A DNA stretch of 41,983 nt, taken from the NCBI GenBank assembly GCA_013239625.1, contig MU053334.1, forward strand, positions 817,190-859,172, read 5' to 3'. A program made the translations under genes and the position numbers. Every line of letters starts with the position of its first letter. The stretch's first letter is position 1. The notes below the pieces were generated by a model. That model had not been told where the DNA came from, made no database searches, and saw only the letters and a list, made by a program, of their open reading frames with translations. Source of the stretch: Lama guanicoe (lineage: Eukaryota). Positions 22,101-34,400 of the stretch are shown piece by piece.

Positions 22101-24105
22101 GCTGACTCTGCCACGTCTTACTTTGCACTATAGCTCGACCATCTGTGGGAAATGCACCTTCGTCTCCTGGATAAGGTTCAATTTAGAGTGATGTATCTGG
22201 CTTTTCCTTCCTTCCTCCCTTCGCTCGCTCCCTCCTCCTTTCTTCATGGTTTGTTTGCGTAGTTATCAGGTTTGGGCAGCCCCATCTACACCCTCTACTT
22301 TTGTTGAACAAAGTGGGAAGTTTCTTGTTTCCTCTGCCCAGCGTCTGAGGGCCGGGCTGCGGGCTCTGGCTGGACAGTGGGGCACCTGCGGCCCTGCCCC
22401 ATCCTGCCCAGGGCGGCCCTGGGCACGGCAGGCGGAAGGGAGCTTCGCGAGCACGGCCAGGGGCTGCTTGTTCCTTCCAGTCCTTAGGACGCGTCCCCAC
22501 CTGGTGGGAAGCTGCGAGCTGCCGCCACGGGGGCTGCCCAGGCTGCAGATGCAGGGTTTTGCTGGGGGGCACGTTCTGGGCTGGTGGACGCGGGCAGAGC
22601 TGGTGGCCCCTGTCTGTGTCCTGCTGCATGTTCCTCTCCGACTCCATGAGCAATGTGAATGAACTGGAACGACACCGTCTCACTCCTCCCAAACGGGACA
22701 CCGCCTTCCCCTCTCAGACGGTCATCTTACACCATCTAAACGTGCTGGCCAGGCAGGAAAAAACTGGCCATTAAGAAAAAGTGAAAAGGGCTTTTTAAAA
22801 GTCAAAAACTAAACGACCACATAAACACCTGTGGAAAACAAACCACATTGAGCACAAGGAATCTGTTTCCCCAGCAGATGGAGGACTTTGAAGGCAACGA
22901 AGGGAACGCCAAGACAGCACAGTTTATAGTAAAGAGGAAACCCCTTGAAAAAAGAAATTAAAGCAAAAACGAGATGCTTTCTTCCACGGGCGAAATTCAT
23001 GAAGGCTTGAAAAATAAATGGTGACTCCGTCATGAGACTGTTTCCACAGGAGCCAAGAGCTGGGAGCGAGCTGAGCGCTGGAGAGGCCAGAAGGCAGAAG
23101 ACACCAGTGCTCATGGGTCTGTGTGTGCTGAGATGGGATGAGGCTGCAAAATCTCCCTTTCAGTGAAGCCTCTTTAAGGACATGGATTCAAGAGTCAGCG
23201 AAAAAGAACTAGGTTTCCTGGAACATCAGAATCTGAAAGGAAACGCAGCTGTAGAGATGGAAGGGGGAACGGGGAGAGGCGAATTAAAGCGCCACGCTGG
23301 GAGCTGGGGGCACTGGGTACTGTAGCATCCCTCCTTGCATTTCCAGAGTTCCTCTTCTTGGCACGGCCGTCTTGTATTTTAGGAGTCAGAAGTGTTATAA
23401 AGATATAGCTGCTGTTAATCACATTTGATTAAACATATTTTGGCCGCAGACCTCAGGTGTCCGGGCTCTGTCTTCACCCCTCTGTGTGCAGGGAGGAGCT
23501 GGGGGGTGGGGGTGTCTAGCTCAGGACCTGAGTCACTCGGGGACCCAGAACGGAGGCTCTAGCTCTGGTTCAGGAGGGCACTGGGGCAGGAGCGGCGTGA
23601 GACTGTGAGTCCCCGCCGCCCCATGTTCCCTGCTTCCTTCCCATGTCGGCTGCACGGTCTCCTCGGAAGGCTGCTCCTCCCCTAGGGCTGCCTGGTGGGC
23701 CTGTGGCCTCTGCAGACACACTGCATCCCCTGCCCAACACGCTCCGTGTCGTCAGTAGGCCGCAGACCCCAGCCCACCCTGTCCCGACCTCCAGGTCTCC
23801 CCCACCAGCTTGCAGGACCCACAGGCAGCCCACTCAGCCGGCCCCAAACCATCTTCTTCCACTGCCCCCCACCCCTCCCATCTGGGTGAGCAGCCCCAGG
23901 ACCTATCCAGAAGCCAGAGGCCAGGAACCATGCTATGCAACCCCCGCCACCGCCTCCACGCCAAACACTGCACTCACCCCTTGCTCTCCTGCACGACTGT
24001 GATCCCCTCCAGCCCACACAGGGTTTTGTGACCTGTGCCTCCATCAGGTCATCAGTGCTGCTTCCGTCTGTCTGTCCACGGATGAGAAATTGCCTGTGCG
24101 TGTGA

Positions 24106-24188
24106 CGTGAGCAGACTTGCAGGGCTAGCTGCGCGTGAGCGGGTGGGCCGGGTTATTGCGCGTGAGCGGGTGTGCAGGGCTAGCTGTA
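24106..24188. repeat. Short minisatellite, about 3 copies of a 27-28 bp unit
   Basis: cgtgagcagacttgcagggctagctgcg / cgtgagcgggtgggccgggttattgcg / cgtgagcgggtgtgcagggctagctgta. Confidence 0.75.
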
Positions 24189-25109
24189 GCAACAGCAACA
24201 ACAGAGAACCAAATGTCTGAACCAAGGGGAATTCGGCCGCACTGCACACGACAGAAAAACATGTCAACGACCAAACAGAGATTTGTTCCCCCAGGAGAAC
24301 AGCATTCCAGTGAGAGGCCACCAGGCTAGGATGCAAACAGCCAAGTAAATGCAGGTGATGGAGGAGGCTTTTTACCTGTTGGAGTCTGGGGAAGTCACTC
24401 TGGCTTATATGTGATGTAACTTGAATTTTGAGCTAACTAGAACATTAGTCTTACAGCCTGTCAATCACGCACTGCATGCCGACTTTAGCCATTAAAGAAA
24501 AGAACGCATTTAACAATCAAAATGCAGTCACTGTGGAGCAGGCATCCAAAACGGAGCCGGGCGGCCACTGTGGATGTGGTTTCAGACACGTGCCTGCATC
24601 ACTGAGAACCTGGATTTTCTGGACGGTGTCGGACTCGAGGGCACCACCAGCCATTCTCAGAACAGCAGCTGCCAGCACAACCCTTAGTCTCAGGGTCTGC
24701 CCTTGCCTGTGCAACCATTTCGGACCCCAAGCAACCCTCACTAAGCAGCACCCCGACTGCTCACCAGCTCCCACCCTAATTCTTGGTGAACAGTTCACGT
24801 AACCGTGTGGTTTTTGCCTGTGTAAGGTTCCCGCACTTTGCAGGCCGGGAACATAATTCAAGTGCTTCTGAGTCTGTGTCTCCCATGCCAGAGCCTCAGT
24901 TTGGCTGGAATACAGCTCTTTTCTATTCCTGCAGGTTGTCTATTGATGGTTTCCGGCATACAAGGGAGGCAAAAGGGTGGCATTCACCAAATGGAAGCAG
25001 GGACGTGCGATCGGGGGACAGCCTCGAAGGCAAACACAGGTCAGAGGGCAGTCGCTTGGTTGTTCTGAAAAATGAAGTTCCCCAGACCAGAAAGTCAACA
25101 GAGATCGCC

Positions 25110-25300
25110 ACATGTGAAATAGATAAACGGCGGGTTTCTCCCGGATAGCCCAGGGAGCCGAATCCGGTATCTCGCGGTGACCTGCGATGAAAAGGGACGT
25201 GAAAAGGAGTACCCGTACGAACGCGTAGGGCTGAACACCACACTGGACACCAGAGATGACGCGACGTTGTAACTGACTGCACTTCAATTAAAGAAAAAAA
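25110..25300 (+). mobile_element. LINE-1 extreme 3' end, GC-shifted
   Basis: aaatagataaac...gcccagggagccgaatccggtatctcgcggtgacc...gacaccagagatgacgcgacgttgtaactgactgcacttcaattaaagaaaaaaa; homologous to 20742-20906. Confidence 0.8.
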
Positions 25301-26356
25301 GAGTGAAAAAGAAAGTCAGAGGAGGAAGCAGTCTCAAAAGGGGGGAAAACGTGGAATTAGAACAGTCAAGGAAAAAGTTTTTTAATTCACTTGCTTATTT
25401 TGCGGCAAGGAAACTGTTCGCAGCGTGGCTAAGGTGGGAGGGGGCCCAGGAGCACGCGCATCGCTGCTCGACCTGGGGAGCCGGCGCAGCCAGCAGAGCC
25501 CCGGCCGCAGGCGGCACCTCGAAGGTGGTGGGAGCCGCCCAGAGACAAAGCCCAGGCCCCCGGCCTCCCTGGCGGCCCCCGCCTGCTCTTCCCGAGCAAA
25601 CACCCACGTGCAGCTCAAACATGGTGGTGCAGGGGAGGAAGGCCAGCTTCCAGGTGACTTTTGTGAGGCCACCACCCCTTGGGGGACAAGACGTGACAAG
25701 AGAGGGTGACCACAGAATTTCAGCCCCTCCCACACAACAGATTTGGAGCTGAGATGCTGAATAAAAGTCCTGGCAGATCGATTCCCACGTCACACGCACA
25801 ATACGGCGGCCACAGAGGGTTCGCACCAAGAGCGCAAAGCGGCTGCGCCGTGATGGACGTGGGAGCCCTTCACCACTCGGGCGGAAGGGGACGCGCATCT
25901 GCTCGTGTCCTCCTTCCTGGGAAGTGCTGGTGACAGGCACCAGCACCGAAGTGGCGGGACAGCGGCCACTGGGCCCCCGGGCAGCATGATGGCAGCGCGT
26001 GTGCTCATCGATGCTCGCGTGTTCCCGTGGACACGCGTCCCCCGGCTCCAGCGCTGTGTCTTTCCCGCCGAGTCCGGGAGTGGAGCCGTGTTTGGGACAG
26101 CCGTGCTTACACCGAGGATGCCGGGGCCCTGGCCGCGGGGCTTTGCCCGCGGGGCCTCCGGGGCTGCGGCCGGGCTGACCTGAGGAAGTGGAGGTCCCGC
26201 CGGGGCCCCCGGGAGCCTGGCCGCCCCCTCGGGCCCCAGGAGCTCTGCTCAAATCAAACAAATGAGCGTCTCCTCCTCCCTAAGCCTCCTTCCTGGACGG
26301 AGGGATATCAGCAAATTCCGGGCAGACGGAAGAATGTAAACAGCTGTCCTGCAGGT

Positions 26357-26415
26357 CATGTGTGCGTGTGTGTGTGTGTGCGCGCGTGCATGTGCGTGCA
26401 CGCGCGCGTGTGTGT
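26357..26415. repeat. Alternating purine-pyrimidine (TG/CG/CA) tract, 59 bp
   Basis: catgtgtgcgtgtgtgtgtgtgtgcgcgcgtgcatgtgcgtgcacgcgcgcgtgtgtgt. Confidence 0.9.
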
Positions 26416-26859
26416 CCAGGCCTGCGGAAGCAGGGAATTCTGTCCTCTCTGTTTGAGAAGCACTAGGCACAGATTTTCTGGAGGTTCACGCTTTTTAAAC
26501 AAACATAAGAAAGATTTTTAATAATGGAAAGGAAAGCCTGCAAAGAGGTGCGCCCAAGCCCTCATTCCTGCCAAGCTGGGAGCAGAGTGTGTGCCTGCCT
26601 GCGTCCTTCTCTCCCCGGAACCGGAGCGTCGCAGGTGAAGCGCCGGTGCCAGCCCTGCGCCCCGCGCCCCTGCAGGCGGTGTCGGCCACCTGCGTGCTTC
26701 ACTTTCTTTCTTTGTACGTGAGCGCTCGCCGACGCCCTGCAACACGCAGCCCCTGCCCTCCTGCCCGGCTTGTGGTCCCGCCGATGCCACCTTTCCTCCG
26801 TCTGTCGTGTCTCCTCCTCAGAAGGTTGGCGCCCCGAGAACAGGGTCGCTGTGGCTTTG

Positions 26860-26950
26860 GTGGTGTTGGTCACTGCTCTGTTCTGTGCCCACAGCAGTGC
26901 CCCAACCATAGCAGAAACTCAATCAATATTTGCAGAACAAATGGGTGGAC
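26860..26950 (+). mobile_element. L2 3' end fragment
   Basis: gtcactgctctg...cagtgccccaaccatagcagaaactcaatcaatatttgcagaacaaatg resembles the L2 terminus. Confidence 0.65.
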
Positions 26951-28185
26951 TTGCCTGACCCTCAGCTGCTCTGGACGGTGGTTCTGGGTTGCAGGTGGGA
27001 CCCCCACCTGGTGCAGGACCAGAGAACAGGCTTGGATCGGGAGAGCCGCTGGGGTGCTGGGCCCTGGGAGGTGGCAGTGGCATCTCTGAGCACAAAGGGA
27101 GACCGCCAGGTGCCCCGGGGACGGGGGAGGGTGGCCAAGCCTCCTGGCTGAGGCACAGCCTGGGCAGAAGGTACCCGCCCTGGCACAGCCGGGCCTCCAG
27201 AGGTGGAGTGTCTGTCAGGGGCTCTCGGGTGAGAACAAAGGATGGTCCTTCTAGAAACACATGAGCTGAGCCTTGTTTCCACTTGTTTTGTGTTTGTGGT
27301 TTAGAGCCAGGAGCAGGGCAAGCGCGAGGCCCCAAGGCCCGAGTAAGCCCCCGTCCAGTGTGTGTGCGTGGGGCTCAGGGACCAAGGGGGCACGGCAACG
27401 GGCGTGACACAGGTAGAGCTGGGGGCTGAAGGGCAGTGCTGGTCGCGGTGCAGGGTCGCAGCGGTGAGGCTGACGGGATGGAGACGGTGCGGGAGGAGCG
27501 GGCCCTGCGGCCTTGTTGCCCGGCTGCGTTTTAAGCGCCATCGGACGCTCATAGCGGAGGAGCCGTGGTGCGTGGTGCCCTACCCGGGCCGCCCGGGCCC
27601 CGCTAAACCTCCCCGGTCTTCATCCAGGCCTCCGGGCCGCTGTTTCCTTTGCTCTTTGACTCTCTATTTCTGGCAAACAAATGTTATTTTTACCTAAACA
27701 TTTTCTTAGTTTGTTATCTGATTGAGCCTGGGGCCTGCTGCCCCCCCCCCGTTCAGGACATTCCTGGTCTCCTCGGAGGGCCCTGGGCTCCTCTGGGCGG
27801 TCGAGGGGTCCACGCCGGCCTGGAGGCTCCCAGAGAGCAGGGTGGTCCAACCCCTGCACATCCCGACGGGTCTGCCGTGGGGGGTCAGTCTCAGCTGGCG
27901 AGGGGGGCACCTGCTCGTCTGTGGGTGACCCCGCACACGCTTTGCCAGCGTCTGGACACAGCTGCGAGGCGGCCTCGTCTGTGTCACCTTGTTGTGGTCT
28001 CAGCTTGCTCGGACAGTCTGCATCCAACAGGAGGACGGGCGGCCCAGCTGGGGTGCCAGCCGCTTCCCTGGCCGCGGCCTTTTCTTGTTCCTTTTCCTGC
28101 CGTTTCCCTCCCTCGTCCCCCTTCCTTCCTTTTTTTCTTTTCCATCCAGAAAGTCCCATCATTCTTATTTATTTGTTCTCCCCCC

Positions 28186-28345
28186 ATTTTTTAAGTTGAA
28201 GCACGGTCAGGTGCAACGCGGCGTCAGTCTGGTGCGCGCATCGTGTTTCAGTCACACGCATTCATGCAGACGCTCCTTTTCACGACCTCGTCCAGGACCC
28301 GCAGGATGCTGAGTGCAGTTCCCTGGGCTGTGCTGAATGAGCCTG
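28186..28345 (-). mobile_element. LINE-1 extreme 3' end, GC-shifted
   Basis: tttttaagttgaagcacggtcaggtgcaacgcggcgtcagtctggtgcgcgcatcgtgtttcagtc...ctgagtgcagttccctgggctgtgc is an antisense homolog of 25110-25300. Confidence 0.75.
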
Positions 28346-29604
28346 CTGTTCATCCGTGTTACAGACTTTCCCTCTTCCTCTTGCCTTCCTTCTCTCTGAC
28401 TTGGAACCCCCTGTCTCTCAGCCCTCACCCGCGGGCTCACACCCTGAAGCTCCGGGCAGGCAGGTGTCCCCAGGCCCGTCCCGGGCGGCCTGGCACACCT
28501 CCCTGATACACTCCTGCTGCAGGCCCCCCCTCCGGAGAAGCAGTGCCCTTGCTGTAATCTAAGGCTGGTGCAGGCCACCTCCCACCCCCACCCCTCTTGC
28601 CTGCAGCCCCACGCCACCCCCATGACCCCGAGGACCTCCGAGAAAGAGACTGAGTCTGCAGGCTCCACCCTCGAGTCCACTCACCCCCTCCCCAGGGACC
28701 CTGAACCGAGCAGATCCGGGGGGTAGGGACCATGGTGGGTGGCTCTGCCACGACCTCCGACCTCCGCAGAGGAGCCCAGGCGGCCCCGCACACAGCATCC
28801 CCGGAGGCCCAGCTGCTCCGGCGCGTCCGCCCCTGCCCTGGCCGCCGGGCCCTCCGCACGCGGTCCCCAGGTTGAAGTCCAGATCAGTTCTTCTCGTCCC
28901 TGGCTTAGCAACATCTCATGGCCGTCTAACCTTCCTGTTACTTAGTTACACTGGTCAATTTCTATTTCTGCAACTGTTTCTCATTCCAAACCGCTCTGGA
29001 GACTTTTCAGAGCATTCTATCTCTTGGACATGGATTCGTGATCTACTTTTCAGCAGCTGAAACACACTTCCTATATTAATTAGCGTTCATTTCATTTTTC
29101 TGAAGTTTCCAAAACCTCATGAGCTTGAGCCTGTCCCTTCCTTCCTTCCTTCCTCTCGCTCTTTTTCGCTCCTGATGCTCAGGAAAGGTAGCCTTCCCCC
29201 CGGTGTTTGTTTTTGGCCGTGCTTGGCGGCTCACATGCAGTGAAAATCTGTTTGAGGAGGATTGGAGGCACCAGTTTGGAGTAAGCTCTTCCAGAAATAA
29301 GCTGCATGTCTGTCGTCCAGCCCAGCTGGCATCCTGTGAACTCAGGAAGTCGGGAAGCAGGTTCGCGAGCAGGGGGTTGCGTTGCGAGGGTGCCTGCTCC
29401 GTCCACGAGCCCCCGCCGCGGGCCCGGGCCTGCCACACGGCTGCGGCCGGGCCTGGGCAGGGGCCCCCTGCCAGCGCCTGTGCTGTGTGTCTGACTGGCT
29501 TTCTGTCTTGTGGTCGCTGCACCAAGACTTGGCCGTCTGACACCCGACGTCAGGGCACTGGACCCGGCCGACGTCCCTTACGCCCACCGGTCCCACTGGG
29601 TGCC

Positions 29605-30052
29605 TGTGTTGAGCTTCCTACGGCCGCGGCCGCCAAGCACCGCAGGGACTTAGCAGAAATGTGCGGTCTCACTTGCACGGGCCTGGAGGTCCGAAGCCCA
29701 GGATCACGGCTTTTTCCTGAGGCTGTGGGTGGGGGAGAGACTGGGCCAGGCCCCTCTCCTCTTCGGGTGGCCCGCAGGCTGGCCATCGGAGGGGCCTCTC
29801 GGTTTGCAGACACGCCGCCCCCGTGTCCGCCCCACCCTCACCTGGTGCGCCCCTGGCACCCAGGTGCGCCTCAGTGCTTTCTTTTTATGAAGATACTGAT
29901 CTAGCTGGATTACAGCCCACACTGAGGACCGCGTTTCGGCCTGGTTAGTCCTGTGAAGCCTCCATGTCCAAGTAAGGTGACATTCTAGGGACAGGACTTC
30001 GGCGTGTGGCTTGGCGTGAGGCGGGGAGGGGGGCCCAGTTCCACCCGCGGCA
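29605..30052 (-). mobile_element. MaLR LTR (MLT1B/C-like)
   Basis: tgtgttgagcttcctacggccgc...tttttatgaagatactg...ccaagtaaggtgacattctagg...aggacttc...cagttccaccc. Confidence 0.7.
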
Positions 30053-30249
30053 GCTACAGCAGCACCATCAAGGGCCTCACGGCTCTTGGTGTCTGATGAT
30101 CCCCTGTGTTCTCGCGCCAGGCCAGCCGGGCTTCGGGGAAAAAGGGAGCAGTCACGCAATCAGGAGGGAAGGAACGCGCGCATTTCCAATGACGGGTGTG
30201 ACCTCCGCTGCGGATCTTCCCGGCTCCCACAAACGGCAGGAAGATTATA

Positions 30250-30810
30250 AAGGAATTTGGCAATTTCTGTAAAGATAAACTCTTTGAAAACTAAAATTTA
30301 TACAGAGGCAGTGAAGAAGAAATAGAACATCTGAGTTACTCTATGTCTGTTAAGTCAACTGAATCCACTACTGAAGTCGTCCCGCGAAGGCAACCCCAGG
30401 CCCAGCCGGCTCCCTCAGAGGACCCCGAAGACACTGAGAACAGGGCACCAACTTCACATACATTTCTTCCTGAAGGACAGACAGAGTGGAAGACTTAAGA
30501 ACTTTTTATGAGGTTAGCATGACTATGACCCCCCAAACCTTGAAGGCCACTACAAGAAAGAATTTGGAATCCGCACTGTGTCGTGAGTATAGATGCAAAG
30601 CGGCTTAACAAAATACACGCCCATTAAATGTAACAGCATCTGAAAAATAATGTATTATGATCAAGTGGAACGGATTCCAGGTTTGCAAGGGTGGTGGAAG
30701 CATCGACAAATCAATCAGCATAATTCATTACAGAACAAGGAGGAAATTTCACATGATCGTCTCAGTTGATGCAGAGCAATTGTTTGACAAGGCCCCACAG
30801 CAGTTCACAG
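30250..30810 (+). mobile_element. Old L1 ORF2 fragment (RT region)
   Basis: ORF 30657-30893(+) KSISIIHYR...KFHMIVSVDAEQLFDK resembles ORF2p KSINVIHHI...NHMIISIDAEKAFDK. Confidence 0.8.
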
Positions 30811-30884
30811 CGGAACTCCCAGGCCTCAGCCTTGCTGGCGTTTGGGGTAGAGCATTCTTTTCTGCCTTGTTGATATTTATTTTC

Positions 30885-32165
30885 GGTTTTTAAAAACTGA
30901 AGCGCAGTTGATTTGCCGTGTTCGTTTCCGGTGGACAGCAACGCGATTCAGTCGTGCACACACGGATTCTTTTCCGGGCTCTTTTCCATTGTGAGCTGCT
31001 GTGAGCTACTGAACGTAGCTCCCTGTGCTGCACAGCAGGACTTGTCGTCTGTCTGTCCTGTGCATAGTAGTTCGTATCTGCTAATCCCAAACCCCTGACT
31101 TATTCTTCACCGTCCTCCCGCCTGGTAGCCCTCGTTTGTTTTCTATGTCTGTGGGTCTGTTCCTGCCTTGTACATAAGTTTATTTGTGTCATGTTTTAAA
31201 TTCCACATGTAAGTGATATTAAATGATATTTGTCTTTCTCTGTCTGACTTACTTCACTTAGTATGATAACCTGTAGGTCCCTTCATGTTTCTGCAAATGG
31301 CATCATTCCATTCTCTTTTATGGCTGAGTAGTACTCCATTGCATACATACACCACGTCGCCTCTAGTCAGTCTACGGCCATTTAGGCTGCTTCCATGTCT
31401 TGGCTGTTGTGAACAGTGCTGCTGCAAGCACTGGGGTGCAGGTGCCTTTTCAAGTTAGAGTCTTCTCGGGATACATGCCCAGGAGAGGGGTTGCTGGGTC
31501 ATAGGGCAAGTCTACTTTTAGCTTTTTAAGGAAACTCCATGCTGTTTTCCACGGTGGCTGCACCGGTTTACATTCCTGCCAACAGTGTGGGACGGCTCCC
31601 TTTTGTCCGCACCCTCCCCAGCCTTTGTCGTTGGTGAACTTTTTGGTGACGGCCCTTCTGAGCGGTGTGAGGTGGCACCTCGCTGTGCCTTCGAGTTGCG
31701 TCTCTCTGATAATTGGTGATGCTGGGTGTCCTTCCATGTGCCCGCTGGCCCTCGGCATGTCTTCTTTGGAGAAATGGCAGTCTAGGTCTTCTGCCATTTT
31801 TGGGTTGGGTTGTTTGTTTTTGATATTGAGCTGTATGAGCTGCTTGTGTGTTTTGGAAGTTAAGCCCTTGTCGGTCACATCATTTGCAAATATGTTCTCC
31901 CAGTCCATAGGTTGTCTTTTCATTTTGTTTATGGCTTCCTTTGCTGTGCAAAGGCTTTTAAGTTTGATTAGATCCCATTTGTTTATTTTTGATTTTATTT
32001 CTGTTGCCTTGGGAAACTGACCTAAGAAAACACTGCTGTGATTTATGTCAGAGACATTTTGCCAGTGTCCCCTTCTGGGAGATTTATGGTGTCATGTCTC
32101 ATATTTAAGACTTCAAGCTATTTTGAGTTTATTTTTGCATGTAGTGTGAGAGAGAGTTCTCACTT
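30885..32165 (-). mobile_element. Younger 5'-truncated LINE-1
   Basis: ORF 31450-31923(-) MKRQPMDWENIFANDVTDKGL...HCWQECKPVQPPWKTAWSFLKKLKVDLPYDP is the ORF2p C-terminal Cys-rich region; the 3' tail is at about 30890. Confidence 0.92.
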
Positions 32166-32169
32166 GATT

Positions 32170-32316
32170 CCACGCATCATATGATATTTAGAAATAGCCT
32201 CGTCGTCTACCTGCTAGAGGCCAGTGGAGCCACACACCTAAGTCACGACAGCCAGAATGTCTCCAGATCTTGTCAAATGTTCCGGGGGCAAACCTGCACC
32301 CAGCTGAGAACCACAG
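32170..32316. mobile_element. MER20 (hAT-Charlie) DNA transposon fragment
   Basis: tctacctgctagaggccagt...gacagccagaatgtctccagatcttgtcaaatgttccgggggcaaa...ctgagaaccacag. Confidence 0.8.
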
Positions 32317-32319
32317 TAT

Positions 32320-34400
32320 AAAAGAAATGTAGCGAACTGTGACTAGAAGTAAACATTCCTACCTGGTTTTTAAATCTACCAAACTCACAGCAAACATTAA
32401 ATCTTGGAATAGTAAACATTTTACCCTAAAAGCGTATGCAAGACCTGGCTGCACTTGATGACCAGATCCATTAAACACTGCCTTGGAGAAATCCAGTCCG
32501 TTCGATAAGGGGAACAAAAAAAGGAGATAACATTATAAATATTGGAGAGGAGGAAATAAAATTGCTATAATTCATGAATAACGTGATTTTTTAATGTATG
32601 AAGTTCAAAGAAGCCTATTATAATCAATAAGTTAGTCTAGCAAGATAGACACCAGATCAGCATAAAAATTAATCATGTTTTGACTACAGGCAGCAATCCC
32701 ACAGAAGATGAGATGGAAAATACGTCATGAACAAGGACAGTTTTAAAAATCAATTACCTGGGCCTCAAACAGAAGGAAGAACTCACGAAAACTGCGACAT
32801 ACGTTTGAGGGGCGTTAAGGAAGGTGTGGGTGAGTAAAGCCGAGCCTCGTTCGTGGAGCTGAAAAGCCAAGATTATAAAGGTGGTGATTCTTCCAAGACT
32901 TACGTAGAGGGTCAGAAGGTTCACTTTGTTTAAGGTGATCAGCTGGTTCCAAAATTTATATGGAGAGTCCAAAGACCAGGAAGAGCCAGGTGATCTTGAG
33001 GAACAAAGCTGGAGGATTTGCCCACTGACGTCAAAGCCTAGCATGAAGGCAGAGTACGTAAGACAGAGAGGGCGGTGAGAGACGGCAGCGCGCGGGGTGC
33101 AGAGGCGCGGCCCCCGCCCCTCGGAAGTGTCCGTGCTGCCCTGTGCCGCGGGCCCCGCCACGTCTGGCTACCGGGCATTTGAAAAGTGACCAAAGAGACT
33201 GAAGAACCAAATTTTCAGTTGTATGTGTTTGTAACTAATTTAATTTAAAATAGCCACACGTGGCTCATGGCTGCCGCGTTGCCAAGCACGTTTGCGGGGA
33301 AGCCAGCGACAGCCCCGCGTCTCATACGACACCCTTATTTGTAACCAAGGTGATGCTTCAGTGCAACATGGAGAGGCTGCTCTTTTCAATAAATGGTTTG
33401 AGAGAAACAGACCATCCATATTAAAGAAAGGCTGCTTGCCCCTTACCTCACACCACACTCAAAAGTCAGCTCCAGATGCCTGCATTTCTATAGGTGAAAG
33501 GTCAGAAAGAACAGCGTTTTGCTAGGGAGCCTCGAGGGATGACTTTCTGATGGCCCATGTTCTCTTAAGAAGTAAAGTAATAGCTCGGGATATTTAAAAT
33601 GTGAGAAATCTGTCGTTAAAGAGAAACACTGAAGACAATAAAAGGCACCTGGAAGAGCTGGAGAAGATGTTGAAAAGGCATATATTTGACAAAGAGCTAG
33701 TGTCAGGCTGCTGTGAATAATTTAAATATAATCATAATGACTTCTATGAATAATTTTTAGAAGACAGACAGTCCAGTGGAAAACAGGCCGAAGGTTGGAG
33801 CAGCCGTCTCACAGAGAGGACAGGCAAGCGGCTAATACACAGAGCAGAAGCTGCTCAGGTCTGTAGGCGTCAGAAAAATGCAGAATTACAGTCACAGTGC
33901 GGCACTGCTCTACATGGGTGAGGGCGGGTAAAACGGGGGGCTCGAGGCGCCCGGGGACGGCGGGGCTGGGGGGCGGCGGGAACTCTCCCACGCTGGCGAG
34001 GAAGCAAAACTTGGCTCAGTTGCGTTCGAAAACTATCTCCTCGTGATCCAGCAAATCCCCCCCGATTACTGCACACCCAACAGACGTGAGCGCTGACGCT
34101 AACCAAGAAGTCAGACGCAAGAGCGATCAAAGCCACTTTATTCCATAACCCAGACCTGGAAGCATTTCAAATGTCCATAAACGGCAGAGCAGATCAGGAA
34201 ACTGTGTGTTTGTCCTGGGGAACAGTCCACAAGGGGAAAAGGTGTGGTATGTCACGTGCGACAGGATGGACTGTCTTCCCAGACCTGCACGTTGAGCAGG
34301 TCGGCCTCCAGAGACTGTGTCTCTACAGGTCTGCGCTTACGAGCGACCAAAGCAAGGTGCCACTCACCTCTGGGGACACAGGGGAGGGTGGCGGGTAGAT
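32320..34400 (+). mobile_element. Old L1M ORF2/3' remnant, probably continuing 30250-30810
   Basis: cacagcaaacatta, ttccaaaatttatatggaga, tcttttcaataaatggtt, catatatttgacaaagagctagt and tcaaatgtccataaacggcaga occur in L1 order. Confidence 0.75.
33131..33290. mobile_element. MER3 (hAT-Charlie) MITE-like element
   Basis: cgtgctgccc...gccacgtctggcta...gcatttgaaaagtg...actaatttaatttaaaatagccacacgtggctcatggctgccgcgttgccaagcacg, with degenerate terminal inverted repeats. Confidence 0.8.

Noticed and set aside
22809..23114. Possible fourth KRTAP remnant (ctcatgggtctg resembles the KRTAP5 start context)
   Set aside because: The translation lacks Cys/Gly repeats and there is no 5'UTR homology
25395..26261. 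288-aa minus-strand ORF
   Set aside because: Stop-codon depletion in a GC-rich tract; no protein-family resemblance
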